From Eledone cirrhosa (taxonomy: Eukaryota), in the NCBI GenBank assembly GCA_964016885.1, contig OZ024751.1, forward strand, positions 43,152,001 through 43,216,000: a stretch of DNA of 64,000 nucleotides. The letters run 5' to 3'. The notes below the pieces were generated by a model. The model was not told where the DNA came from, made no database searches, and saw nothing but the letters and a program-made list of their open reading frames with translations. Of this stretch, positions 44,661 to 58,000 are shown one piece after another; within the stretch, counting starts at the first letter, position 1, and the number at the start of each line of letters is the position of its first letter. The translations under genes were made by a program, and so were the position numbers.

Positions 44661-46281
44661 TTAGAAATAGCAACAAAATCTCCCTCAAATCCCATCTTTA
44701 AAAAAAATTACCATATTCGTAATTGCAGTGTTTGATTAAAAATAAAATGGGAGATGTTCACAACTAGAAAACCTTGAATCCAGTCTGCTCAAAAACGTCT
44801 GACCCAGGGTTTAAACAACAACACAATCCCCCACCCCAACCACATACAAATTATATAATATTAAATTATTCACGTGCGTGCTGGTGTAAATTTAGCGGCG
44901 GAGGAGGGGGGTAACCAAAGCTCAGCCCTCTGCTGTTTATTATTACCCCTCAGGCCATAACATATGAGTTTAAGAATGCCACCCCACAAAAAAATGATAG
45001 TGGTGGTATCATGATAAAATACACCCAGTCCACCCCCGGAACACATTTTGAAGTGAATGACATTAGGAAGGGCATCCAGCCGTAGAAACCATGCCACGAA
45101 AGAGCAGGACTCAGTCACCCGACTTGCTTGTCTGTCATTCCTGCCGTGACCACCCTGTATATAAGATTACGTTATCCAATATATCCTTCCGAATTTCTAG
45201 AAAGTAAGGTATACCAAAGGAGATTTGGCTGCTATTTCTAGCAAGTCCAAAAACTATGCAAGAAGCTATCTAGCTATATACAATATAGTAGGCAGATGTG
45301 TTGGTATTTTTTTTTGCTTAAGTAGGTTTCTTTTCTTATTTTTTAGGTCAGCTCTGTATTTAAAAAATATATATATACGGTTTTCGTATCTTTTCCAGTT
45401 GTTCCAGTTAACATAAATGGTAAAAATGAGTTATACCAGTAATTCGAAAGGTCATCTTTCACACGCAGTATCAAGCTGAATCTCCAGTAGATCAGCATTA
45501 TGAGTGTCTGTGGAATAGACGTTCATTCCACAAGTAAGATATTCCCCAAGTTAAACAACGGGAACACTCATCGTAGAAACCGACGGAGGTGCATCGTATT
45601 TTGAACATCAGATATTCAGAAACTTTTTTTTTTTTTTTTTTCGACTTATTATCGTTATTTCCCTGGGAAATATTACAAATATAAATATATTTAATTTGCA
45701 TTTGAAATGCATAAATATATTTTGTTTGCATTAATAATTCCATTTCAATTAATCGATAAATTAAAGCTGAAACAACATTTTAAATTTTCAGAAAGTACAA
45801 CAATCCTTTCACAAACGAAATATATTTGTACATTTCACATAGAAACAAAATATATTTGTACATGTACTTATATTGATAAGGTTTCTAGCAATAATTACTT
45901 GATTATATGTATGTTATATGATAATAAAAACTTTATATATTTGTTATATGATAATAAAAACTAATAAACAAATATGAGACTTTATTTTGTATATAAATAA
46001 CATTACAAATAATTAAAAAGGGAAAGGAAAATAAAAAGAAAAAACACAAAGAAGCAGGTATTAAAAACTGAAAACCGGTAAAAGAAAAAAAAAAAAGTTA
46101 CGCAGGGTGGGATACATGTTAAAAGAACTGGCGAGGTATCGGTTTATTATGTTCTCTGTTCTGTTGTGAATGTATCCCATGTTTTACAATGATAACACAC
46201 GCAATAAATCCGAACGACCATTGGAAAAGCTTACTTACCGGTAATCAAAGCTACTTTGCCACTCAAGCTACACATGTCCAT
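39277..46281 (-). CDS. Classical short-chain dehydrogenase/reductase (FabG/glucose-1-dehydrogenase-like), 258 aa; exons 46281-46239, 43956-43826, 43011-42919, 41983-41898, 41140-41047, 40656-40587, 39847-39811, 39646-39583, 39435-39277
   Basis: TGASSGIG Rossmann motif, VNCAG, NVSS, catalytic YNMSK, VRVNSINPG, FITG..LPVDGG. All 8 introns GT-AG in phase; spliced length 777 nt. Confidence 0.95.
41536..41757. mobile_element. piggyBac-like MITE
   Basis: TTAA-CCCTTTAGC ... GCTAAAGGT-TTAA. Confidence 0.5.
43463..43704 (+). mobile_element. Fold-back element (family C) in SDR intron 2
   Basis: 76-bp arms 43463-43538/43542-43617 with one mismatch, unique tail, (TA)n on both sides; TGATGA...GAAATGCGCATA hammerhead-like remnant at the centre. 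Confidence 0.65.
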
Positions 46282-48056
46282 GTTTGCTGTTCAACCTGTT
46301 TGGTAGACGTCAACAAAGTACGATAGTAAGAATGACAGATCAGGCGGAGAAACCGGCAGATACGGGAATGTGTGAGAGTTCACTTCCGTTTGATAGCTTA
46401 TCGCCAACAATGTGCTTTTATAGTGAATTGTTCTATTAATTTAGAGATAACACAAAATAACCCGTGGCTCCTCCGATCTATTGTCGAAACACAATCCTGT
46501 GATATATTATTACAATGTACGCGACTTGGTTTTAATTCTGTATTGATATTAAACTATACGAAATAAAGAATTCTAAAATGCCAGGAATAATCGGCAGTCT
46601 GTGACGTTCAAGACGTTTTTTGGCGGGGTGGGGAAGAGCTAGGCTGCTGACAACAAAGTGTCTATCATTGTTGGTGACTCAACTTAGCGACCGAATTATT
46701 AGGTGGTGCTCCTGGTACAGGTGCTTGGCTATTTCAGCAACTCAGCCTCGCTATCAGCCGTAGCAATGCTACGAGTTTGTTGGCTCGCTTCAAAAATTAT
46801 TTGAGGATCACCTAGGAATGTTGGTGAAGATTGTCCTGTAAAATACATTTATAATGTTCCAAGAGAACCACCAGTAATTAATACATACATACACATGCAT
46901 CATCACAAAATCATCATCATCAACATCACTGTTCAAAGTCTATTTTCCATGCTTACATGGGTTAGGCAGCTGTCGTGTATTGATGTCAGACTGGTCAGGG
47001 AACTAGATCCTGCTAGTAAGCTTTGTTTTGAGTTAGGTTTCTACAGAGCTGGATGCCCTTTCCAACACCTACCACTTTATATAGTGTACTGGGAGCATTT
47101 TATCTTGGCTTCGACACAATCACTGGGTGCTTTTCATCGTGCTACTTGCACTACCACTTTACTGGCTGGCCTGGGGTTTTTGTTGTGGCACCAGCACTAC
47201 TACCTTAACAGGTGGACTGGGTGTTTATGTTGCGGTACCAGCACTACCATCCTAAAGAGTGGGCTGGGTGCTTTTTGACGTGGCACCACCACTACTACCT
47301 TGCAATGTGGACTGGGTGATTTTTTTTTCATTGTGGCACCAACACTTCCACCTTACTAGATGGAATGGTTGCTTTGGCGTGGCACCAGCACTACCACCTT
47401 AACAGGTAGACTGTGTTTTTGTTGTGGTACCAGCACTAAAGAAAATCCAACCTTTTTATAGCCTAGGGCCTGCATTAGGTGAAAACTTCATTTTCTCAGC
47501 TTTTTAGGGCTTTTTTGAGGCGTTACGTCTAGCCGATTTTCCCGAAATTTCAAGGCATTTTCTTGATTAGGTGAAAACCTGCATTTTTCCTGCTTCATCG
47601 AAGAAAATCTTAAAGATTATCCAGCCATCAGAGTATTCGGTTTATTTTCTTTACATATTGTCTAGGCATGCAGTTTTTCCACGATTAGGTCTGTTGGCCG
47701 CCCACGTTCCAAAATACGTACCTTATCCCGTGCAACACCGGGTGCCACTGCTAGTACTTAATAAAATTAACAAAGAAAGGACAAGACAACGAACGGAAAC
47801 AAAACAAAACGAAAGGGGAAACGTTAAAAAAATTAGATAACATAAGCCAAACGTTTTATTTTCATGGTTCAATATACATATACACACACTTACATATATA
47901 CAAATTAGGAAAAGCTTTTGTTTTAAACATATTATATTAAAAACACAACTGTGCTCAAATTAGTGTGAATAGTTACGAAACTAAAGATCCTGTTTTTAAT
48001 TTTTCTACCGGAAGTATGTTTCGAAGACATCACACACGTGTTGTAGAAATCTCAAA
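46282..48056. promoter_or_regulatory. Divergent promoter region between SDR and UTP3 with ETS-type CGGAAGT motifs near each start
   Basis: Head-to-head start codons ~1.8 kb apart; CACTTCCG at 46381-46388 and CCGGAAGT at 48008-48015. Confidence 0.5.
46590..46800 (+). mobile_element. Degenerate CRE-like RLE retrotransposon 3' fragment in the SDR/UTP3 promoter interval
   Basis: Translates to AWLFQQLSLAISRSNATSL. Confidence 0.45.
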
Positions 48057-48974
48057 ATGAAGAAGTAAGTATTATGTTATTGTGCTCTCTAAAGTTATAT
48101 GACTATGTATTTGTGTATATTAAATTTGTTTATTACACTTAAAATATAGATCATTAATCGTAGCTAACTATTATAAATATTTCTAACATAAACTATAACC
48201 ATATATGTATTACTCTGTTTATAAATGAATCAGTTGTTAGTTTCACTACGAGGGTCGGATGAAAAGTTCATAGGCTGACCAAGATACTCTCATGGAATGA
48301 CAAAATGAGGTTTATTTTTCAACATAATCCCTGGAAAGAAACAATGCAGTTATTAATGCACGTAAGATTTCACAGCTCTAGCATCAATCTTTCGTAGTCA
48401 GTCATGAACTTTTTATCCCACCCTCGCAAGTTCTTTTTCTCGGTAAATATTCCTTCTATTTTGTTATCATTAACAATAGATCTCTTTTACGTAAATGTTT
48501 AAATATTCAGGATAGTTAATTGATAGGTTTGGTTAGAATTTGTATGGTAACATTTGAATATCTTTTCTATGATTGCTTAATGTTTTTAACGAATATTGCC
48601 TTCAAACCCGTCGTAAATCACTCAAGAACTCTATAACAACTGTCTCGAAGGTAGATGTAACTATAAAGATTTACCTTCCTTTGAGGAAAATAAAAATATC
48701 TCGTCCGATTCACTCGATTCATTTCATGCTTTACTCCCATACATAAACATACACTGTCTGACAAAACATACACTATACCCTTGCAAGCAGGGAAAAGCGG
48801 ACGTAAAATGATGATGATGATATATAGGGGTGTCACTGACAGAAAAGTAAGAGAACATCTCATCCGATCCACCGAATTCACTTATGTTAGGGTTACTGAT
48901 TGTGCTTCCTTGTCAGACAGTGTATGTTTATGTATGGGAGTAAAACATGAAATGCATCGAGTGAATCGGACGAG

Positions 48975-49007
<33 letters not shown>

Positions 49008-52000
49008 TAGGAAAATAGTCAGGACCCCGACGGCTGAGCTCCGGCCGTTTCGATAGCAACATCCGAACATACTACCCTAAGTATCGAGTACTCTGGTGCG
49101 TTATGGTCCACCTGGTTTCTTACCACACTTTCTTTGTTATATGTAGGAGACCCGGTAAAAAGGCTCCCCGCCCACACTGTAAATGTGGTTGGTGTTAGGA
49201 AGAGCATCCAGCCGTAGAAAACCTGCCAGGTACAGTCCTATACGAGAGAGACACGGTCACGCGACCAATCTTGACTCAAATTGGACAATTCCCGTCTAAC
49301 CCATGCTAGCGTGGAAGATAGACGTTAAACGAGGATGGTGATGATATATGTGTGTAAATATATGTGTATGTATCATCATCATCATCGTTTAACGTCCATA
49401 TTCCACGCTCGCATGGGTTTGGACGGGAGTTTTCCCACTTGAGGCAAGAGTGGTTGTCTTGCTCGTATAGGACTGTCTGGCGGGTTTTCTACGGCTGGAT
49501 GCCCTTCCTAACACCAACCACGTTTACAGTGTGGACTGGGAGGTTTTTACAGTGTTGCCTACACGGCCACATTACAGCGTGGACTGTCTGGCGGGTTTTC
49601 TACGGCTGGATGCCCTTCCTAACACCAACCACATTTACAGTGTGGAACTGGGAGGTTTTTACAGTGTTATCTACACGGCCACATTACAGCGTGGACTGTG
49701 TGTTTTTTTGTTGTGACACCTACACGACCTCATTTGTTTCGGGCTGGATGTTGTGGTGTATGTGTTATTATTTATACACACACTCACTCATTAGCTGACA
49801 AAGGAACTTTAACCCTAACATGTATATGCATAATGAATCTGATAAGATATTTCTATTTTCTTATTTCGAGCTCTAATATCAAGGATTCACATACAAACAC
49901 ACACATATATTTATTAGCAGTAGCACTAACATAGCGTTCAGTTGTTTACGCACATATATATATATATAAGATAAAGTGCTTTGCTCTAAAAAAAATTCAT
50001 TGAAACTCATCTTCAGTGGATTTCAGCTGCTCAGCCATGAACTGTTAATCGTATATTTGATCCACTAAGTTATTCTGTCTCTACAAATCTAAATCTAAAA
50101 TGAGGTTGTTGTTGTCGTTATTCTACCCTGAAAGGCAGTGAGTGCTGGTGCCAAGAAAAATGCTCCCAGTACACTCTGTAAAGTGGTTAGCATTACGGAG
50201 GACATCCAGCCATTGAAAGCCAAACTGAAAACAACGTATGAACAATATGTGGTCACCTGATATGTCTAGTCTCATAATGTTACAACCCATCTAACCATGG
50301 AAAATAGACACTAAACTATGGTGATGATGATGCTGATCATATATATATATATTTGTTAATTTCAGAAAGAGAAACAATTATTCCAAGTCAGGGTCCAGCA
50401 AGGACTCTGGTCAGGCCCTTGAGGAAGATCCTAACCCAGAAAATCATGAATATTTCTACGATGACATTGATGATTTTCATGCTAACAAAGATAAAGTGGG
50501 TTCATCTTTTTGATCTTTTGTTTGTGTGTGTGTGGCTGTTTCTGTGTGTATATGCGTGTGTCTGTCTCTACATTTGTGTGTGTGTGTGTGTGGCTGTTTC
50601 TGTATATGTCTGCCTCTGTGTGTATGTGTTTGTGTATACACAAACACACACGTATAAATGTGTGTGTGGGCTCTGCCAGGTTTTAGAATCTGTCAGTTAA
50701 GGGCATTTTACTTTTCAGTACATAACATCAAGGGAGATGCCCCAGCATGGCCTCAGCCGAATGACTGGAACAGGTAAAAGAGTATAACTGATATAAGTTC
50801 CTATTATGATAGTGATGGCTTTTATTATTTTATTTTTTCCTGTATTCCAGATTTCCATTGATAATGTGGCGTTGGCTGATGACTCTAGTTCTGATGAAGA
50901 GGTTGGTCTCATTCGTTTTCTTTTTTCTTTTCTTTTTTTCTATGTTAAATTGGACCATGGAAACAATGTTTCCATTGCCGATACGATCTACTAGTTGCAA
51001 CTCCTGGCAGGAAGTTTATTTAGGAACCCTTAAAAATGAGTGGGTTTTATTTCATAAACCCTGAGCCTGTATTGGCCAGTCTGGTAATGAAAGGGTTAAT
51101 AAAGAATTATGAGGGGTTTATTAAAATTATTAATTATCTCAATATTGAGATTGTAACTTAACATGTAGTTCTTATATAAAATTATAAGATTGTAATATAT
51201 ATATATACATATACACAGGATGCCCCCAAAAAGTGTATACTCACTTCAACAGCATTCTAATAAATATTGCCTGTACAGCTAATTGAAGTATGTATACATA
51301 TATCATCATTTCATTTTACGTCCACTTTTCCCTGCTTGCAAGGGTGGGATGGGAACTGATTCTGGCTTGATTTCTACAGCTGGATGCCCTTCCTAACACC
51401 AACCTCATTTACAGTGGGTGCTGGGTGCTTTTTTGCCGTGGCACCTCCATGACCACTTTACAGTGGAATGATATGGACCCCAGTCCTATCATCTCATTTC
51501 TACAGCTGAGTAAACTGGAGCAATGTGAAATAAAGTGTCTTGCTCAAGGAAACAACACATCACCCGGTCTGAGAATTGAACTCACAACCTTTCGATTGCA
51601 AGGTCAATGCTCTAACCACTGAGCCATGTGCCTCCACACATATATATATATATATAAGCTAAGGGATATTTAATTTGTTGGTAATTCAAGTTTTACCAGG
51701 TAAAACTTGGAACCGGTAAGATCTCGTTCCTGGATATGTCAATATTTATAAGACAAACTTTGTATTTTATCTGATGAGAGCATACCAAAGTTTTGGTACC
51801 CTTGAAATCTAAACTATAATAAAAGAAGGTCTGCAGGATTGCGTACGGTTTTTTTATTTTTATCCTGTTTGTAAAATAAGTTGGATTACTTTGAATAAAT
51901 AATGAATGAATATTACATCATTTATCTACTAAATTTCGTGGCTGTTCATTAAATATATTTTGTTTATTTAAAGATTCACTTCTTTAAAATTTCTGAAATA

Positions 52001-55000
52001 TCAACACTTCCGGTGGCGATTGCTTAAATAAACATACTAATTTTCTCTTAATGCAGTTTATATATAATATCGTTACTGATTAAATAGGACAGTGTAACAC
52101 AGTCTTTGTTCAATTTCTATGTATTATATATTATCAATTACGATTTCATTTGATGTATCATATCTACATGTATATATATTTGCGTATAATATCAATATAC
52201 ACACTACACATGCTAGCAGAAAAAAATATAATAGAATAAATATGGTTTTATAAATATAGTTTCCATTTATTAATATCATTGATATATATATATATATATA
52301 TAGGAACACTTAAAAATGGGTGGGTTTTGTTTCATAAAACTATAGTTGGGTTGGTAATGAAAGAGTTAATCTTACAATTGGTTGGAAAGTGACTAGAGGT
52401 GTTGGGTTTAGTTTGTAATATTAAAATATTAGTAATAATGTTGTTGCTGTTGTAGGAGATGGTGTTGGGTATTGAATCTGATTCTGATGAGGAAGATGGT
52501 GGTTTGTACAACAAATGTAAGCAACAGCTGAAGTTTATGAAAGAGAAGAACCTGAGAGATGCCAAATACAACACACGTAAAGTGAAAGGAGGTAGGTTCA
52601 GTGGTGGCAGCAACAGTGGCAAATATTTTACCTCTAATGTTATACAAACCTTACTTTGGTATTTTACATTCTTTATTGTAAAGTTAAAATATTCCACAAT
52701 CTCTGCATATATTATCGTCATCACTGTCATTAACACCACCATCACTATCATCATCATCACTAATAATACCATCATCATCATCATCTATATTATTAGTTGT
52801 AATTAAACTGTTTCCTTGTTTAATTATCTTTTTTTTTTCCCATTTTTTTGTTTCAAAGATGACGAATTTAATAAGAAATGGGGAGATAAAAAATATTCTT
52901 TCTATGGTGGTCTTGGAGATGAAGAATTTAGTAAGTATTTTATGGAAGATCATATTTGAATTTCCTTGTTCTTGTCTTTTGTCTTCTCTTGATTTAGCTC
53001 TTTTGTCCCAAACTGTCACCTTCTTTTCCACCTGTTAGATTCTACAGTATTACCCTCCCATCCTCTTGCCCACCCTATTAGATTCTACAGTAATAATACC
53101 CCTAACTCCCACCCTGTTAAAATCTATAGTATTACCCCAACCTCCCAGTAATAACAATAATATATATACATATAATTGTATTTCCATGGGGTGCCTGAAG
53201 AAAAAACTAGATGCTTGTACTCTGTGGTCGTCAGTCATGTCTGCTTCTTCTTCTGTTCGTATCTTCGAAGAATGTGGTTATATGACAGTTTCCCATTTCT
53301 TTACACAGTCCTTTGCATTATTATTAAATACTGCGAGATCTTTTAAGCTGCACTGGTTGGGTAGTAGAGGGCAAACAAGGCAGCGCTGCATCGTATGGTC
53401 CTCCTCTCCGCATCCGCAGATGGTTGGGCCGGTCTTGTAGCCCCATCTGGCCATTGCAGCTTTTGATCGCCCCATTCTTGTTCTCAGGCGGTTGAGTGTC
53501 TTCCACTGGACCCCATGGTGCTTCTGAGCCAAGGGGGAGGGCTTCAGAAGAGGGGGATTCCCATGTCAATAGGAAGGGAGTCCATAGCTGTAGTCTGGTT
53601 TCTTCCTGAGATGTTGTTAGGGGCTGGACATGGCTGAGGAAGCTTCTCCTTGACTTCAGTTGTTGGGCTGGAGGTTCCCGTCCGTGAAGGAGGTGGCGTT
53701 CATCACAGATAGTCTTTGTGATCTCTACTCGGCTGGCATATATACTATGCATATACATACATATATACTGCTAATATACATACATATATATACATTTCCT
53801 ATTAACAGTTCTGTCTGGTTCTGATGGCGAGATTGATGCTGCCATTCTTGAAGAGAAAGAAGCACGGTCACTCCAGAAGAAGATGGCTCAAGGATTAGAT
53901 GATGCAGACTTTGGCTTTGATATGCTTGCTGTAAGTTCTTGCGGTTGTTTCTTAAAGTTGTATTGGCAGTAGTTCTATTTTGTTGCAAAATCCCTTTTAT
54001 AAAAGGCTGCAGATTGTCTTACATAGAAGCCCAGAAAGAACATTTTCTCAGTAATTTCTTTAAAAAAGCATATATATATATATAGTAATAATAATTATGA
54101 AGACCAAAATCCGAAGAGGCCTTAATAAGGATTATATATATATATATATATATGGTACCACAACATCCAGACCTAAATAAATGAGGTCGTGTAGGTGTCA
54201 CGACAATAAAACACAGTCCACGCTGTAATGTGGCCGTGTAGATAACACTGTAAAAACCTCCCAGTCCACACTGTAAACGTGGTTGGTGCTAGGAAGGGCA
54301 TCCAGCCGTAGAAAACCTGCTAAACAGTCCTATACGAGCAAGACAACCAATCTTGCTTCAAGTGGGGCAATTCCCGTCTAAACTCGTGGAAGATAGACGT
54401 TAAACGATGATGATGATATAAATAATGCAAGAAGCAAAGAAAATAATTCAGTGATACAAACAGATTTCCAGGTGGAAGTTCAGGTAAAGTTCAAGTGTGA
54501 AACCAGTCTCAGAGTGAAAATCCATTTTCATATAAATATATATAACAGGTTGATACACAATAAAAATCGAAATACATATACCAGGGCCTGCATGGTCACT
54601 TCTTCTTTGTACTGGTCTCCTCCACAAAGTCAGAAAGACAATGGCACACTTGATGAGGAAGCTCCGTGAGGTGGGTGGCTGTTGCAGCAGGTGTCTCTGG
54701 TCATTCTCTGCAGTAACACTATTGCTGTTTTGTATTTTAATATAATGTCATTAAAAGAGTTTATTATTGTCATCCTTTATTGGCAGATTCCAGAAACATC
54801 TGAGGCAACGACTGAGAAAATCACGAAAGACTTGACTAAATTATCCAAGAAGGAGAAACTAGAGGTGAGTTCTTTGTTATTTGAATTGTTTTGTATGTGA
54901 GGTCGTAGTTTATTGGCCTTGTGCCAAATGTAGAAGCAATTATATATATATATGTTTAGTATAGAAATGGCTTCTACAGGACTAGAACTGTTTCGTTCGA

Positions 55001-58000
55001 AGGAAATTATCCTGGTGATTTCCTTTGAATGAAACAGTTCTAGTCCTGTAGAAGCCATTTCTATATTAAATGTTTATACTCTGCTATGGATGGATGTATG
55101 GAGTACCTTACTTACTGTGTTTACCTCCGCTGGAACCCAGGATGCACACATATATATATTACAGAAAATCTATAATTCTGCGCTAATCATTTCTTTTCTT
55201 TCCTCTCTCCCTCCCACCATCCGTTGTTCCACCCAACACCACACCCACCATCCAGATAGTGAAGAAAGAATCACCAGAATTGTTGGAACTTTTCAATGAT
55301 TTAAAAGGCAAAGTAAGTCCACTGTTTTATTTATTCCAATTCTTTACCTTCCTAGCTCCCACCCTAGAATCAGATTTCAGAAACTTTTACCTATACTTTC
55401 TAGCAGGTCTAGTGATCATCTAGAGGATCTTTCATTCACTTATGTATATGTCTCTTGTAGCTGACTGAAGTTAAAGATATACTCCTTCCCTTGCAACAGT
55501 TGTTGGTAGAAGAACAACAGAATGTTCCATCACAGACTTTGGCTTATGTTAATCTGAAACTTCGGCTCACATTAAGGTTTGTATCTTTCAATACTACTAC
55601 ACAGTAACATTTCCAAGCTACTACACAGCAACATTTCTTTGCTACTGTGTAGCAACAATATTTTCAAGCTACTGTGTGGCAACATTTCAAAGCTACCATG
55701 TTGCAACATTTCAAAGCTACTTTGTGGCAACATTTCAAAGCTACCATGTGGCAACATTTCAAAGCTACTAAGCAGCAATATTTCCAAGCTACTGTGTAGT
55801 AACATTTCCAAGCTACCATGTAGCAACATTTCAAAGCTACTGCGCAGCAACATTTCCATAGCTACTGCATGGCAACATTTTGAAGTGCATTACATGGCAC
55901 CAGTACAGTGACAGTGTTTTCATTGCAGTTTTATTTTATTTAATATAACTAATATTATTATTTTTCTATTTGTATTTGTAGCTATTGTATAAATGTGAAC
56001 TTTTACCTAAAGTTGAAGAGTGACCGTTTCCCAGTGAAGAATCACCCAATTGTGACACGTCTTTTACAGTTTCGGAATGTAAGTTTGGATTTGTTTCTAT
56101 ATTTTGTATTACACTTTAGAATAGTAATGATCTCGGTAGTGTTGATGCCACAATAAAGAGCATCCAGTGAACTCTGTGGTTGACCAGTACCTTAGGAGTG
56201 AAATTTGGTTGACAGAGACTCAGTGGATGACTGTCATATACAATGTCCCATAGCTACAGCAATGTGCATGGGACGTTAAATTTTAAATATAATGATAACA
56301 AAGATGTTGGAATGTTACCTTAATATTTCGGTATAAAATCCCTTCATCAAAAGATAAATTGATGAAAGAAACTGATTTGGAGCAGGATATCTTGTGTCAT
56401 TTTTATACTGCAATTTTTGTAGTGCTTTCTATTTTCTAATTGTCATTTTATGTTCATTGTTCCACGCTTGCATGGGTTGGACGAGTCCTCAGTACATCTC
56501 TCCACTTGTCGCGTTCCTTTGTCATCTCCTCCGTGAGCTTTAGCAATCTGAGATCAGCTGTCACCTCTCCCATCCAGGTCTTTTTCAGTCTTCCTTCTAC
56601 TGGGATTATTTGGCACTTTTTCACCCATAGATCATCGTCCATGCACATTGCTTGTTAACAAAGCCTCATCTATTTCCAAACTTTACATCTAAGTTGATCA
56701 AAGCTAATGTTTGTTTTGTTGTTTTTTTCTTTTATTTTTCAGCTCTTGAAGCAAGTGGAACCACTTGACGACCAATTCCACAGTGAAATGGAGATGTTGG
56801 CCACATGCCTGAAATCTGGAGAAGAAGTTGAGTTTGTTCCAATTTCTGAAGAGGATACAACACCAAAGCAAAAGTCAAGGTAAATAAAGTACCACAACAA
56901 CAACCTCAATGATATACCAGAACATTTATCCAGTCCCCAGAAAGCTGGCTAGTTTTGTCCACTGCTCAACCTCTTTGATTAAATTTTCACCACACCACTA
57001 CACTGACCACTATATCACCGCTACATTTTAATAGATGAGGTGCAGGGAAGTGTAATTTTTTAAACTCCAGTTTAAAATAGATACTCTGTAGCCCTACATG
57101 TCGTTAGAAGCGATTAAAGGGTTGGTATCAGGAAGGGCATTCAGCTGTAAACATTGCTTCGAAAAGTTTCATCCAACCGATGCCAATGGTTTTGGATGGG
57201 AAATGTGGACGTAAAAATGATGTGAATCCTCATCAAAGACACCAATGATAAAAGTCATTGTATTTTGACAATCCCGTCTTATCTGGGATATCTAAGACTA
57301 CATAATCTAAGTGTGTTGCTTTTCTGTTTGAAATACTATAGTATGATTTATAGGAGACTCGGCTGTGGTTTCTATCAGGTCAAGTGACTGTAAAGCCATA
57401 AAGATGACAGGAGGCCTGTATGGGCAACTCAATGTTTAGAAGAGAGAGCCATAGAACAGTAGGAATGGTTATGGTAGAATGTAGAACCAAAATGAAATTG
57501 GACACTGATGATGATGTCTGACATATTACATTATAACTCCCCTTCCAGTCTCTATGTTAAAAATCTTGTTATTATTTATTCAGTTTTGTTGTTTTGTTTT
57601 GTTTTATTTTCAAATGCAGAAAAATTTCAAAAGATGAAATTATGGAAACCAATGAAGGTGTCATTGATTCAAACCGTGTTGGTGGTGATGAGGAAGATAA
57701 TGATAATGTTAATGAAGATGGTGACAAAAAGAGAGCAATTACTTACCAGGTAAGACATTTTGTTATACATAACTTCATTGTTCTGAGAGCCAACACTTGT
57801 TTGGAGTTACTGGGCTGGTGTCAAGAAAACCGCACCCTGTAAGGTGGTAGCATTAGGAACCGTGCCAAGTGTGGAACATAACAAACAAGATTGGTCACTC
57901 CAAACTGTCTGGCCAGCATGGAATGGAGACAAAATAATGATGAGGATTTTCCATAACAACCTTTAACTCTTTAGCATTCACATTATTTTATATATACTAT

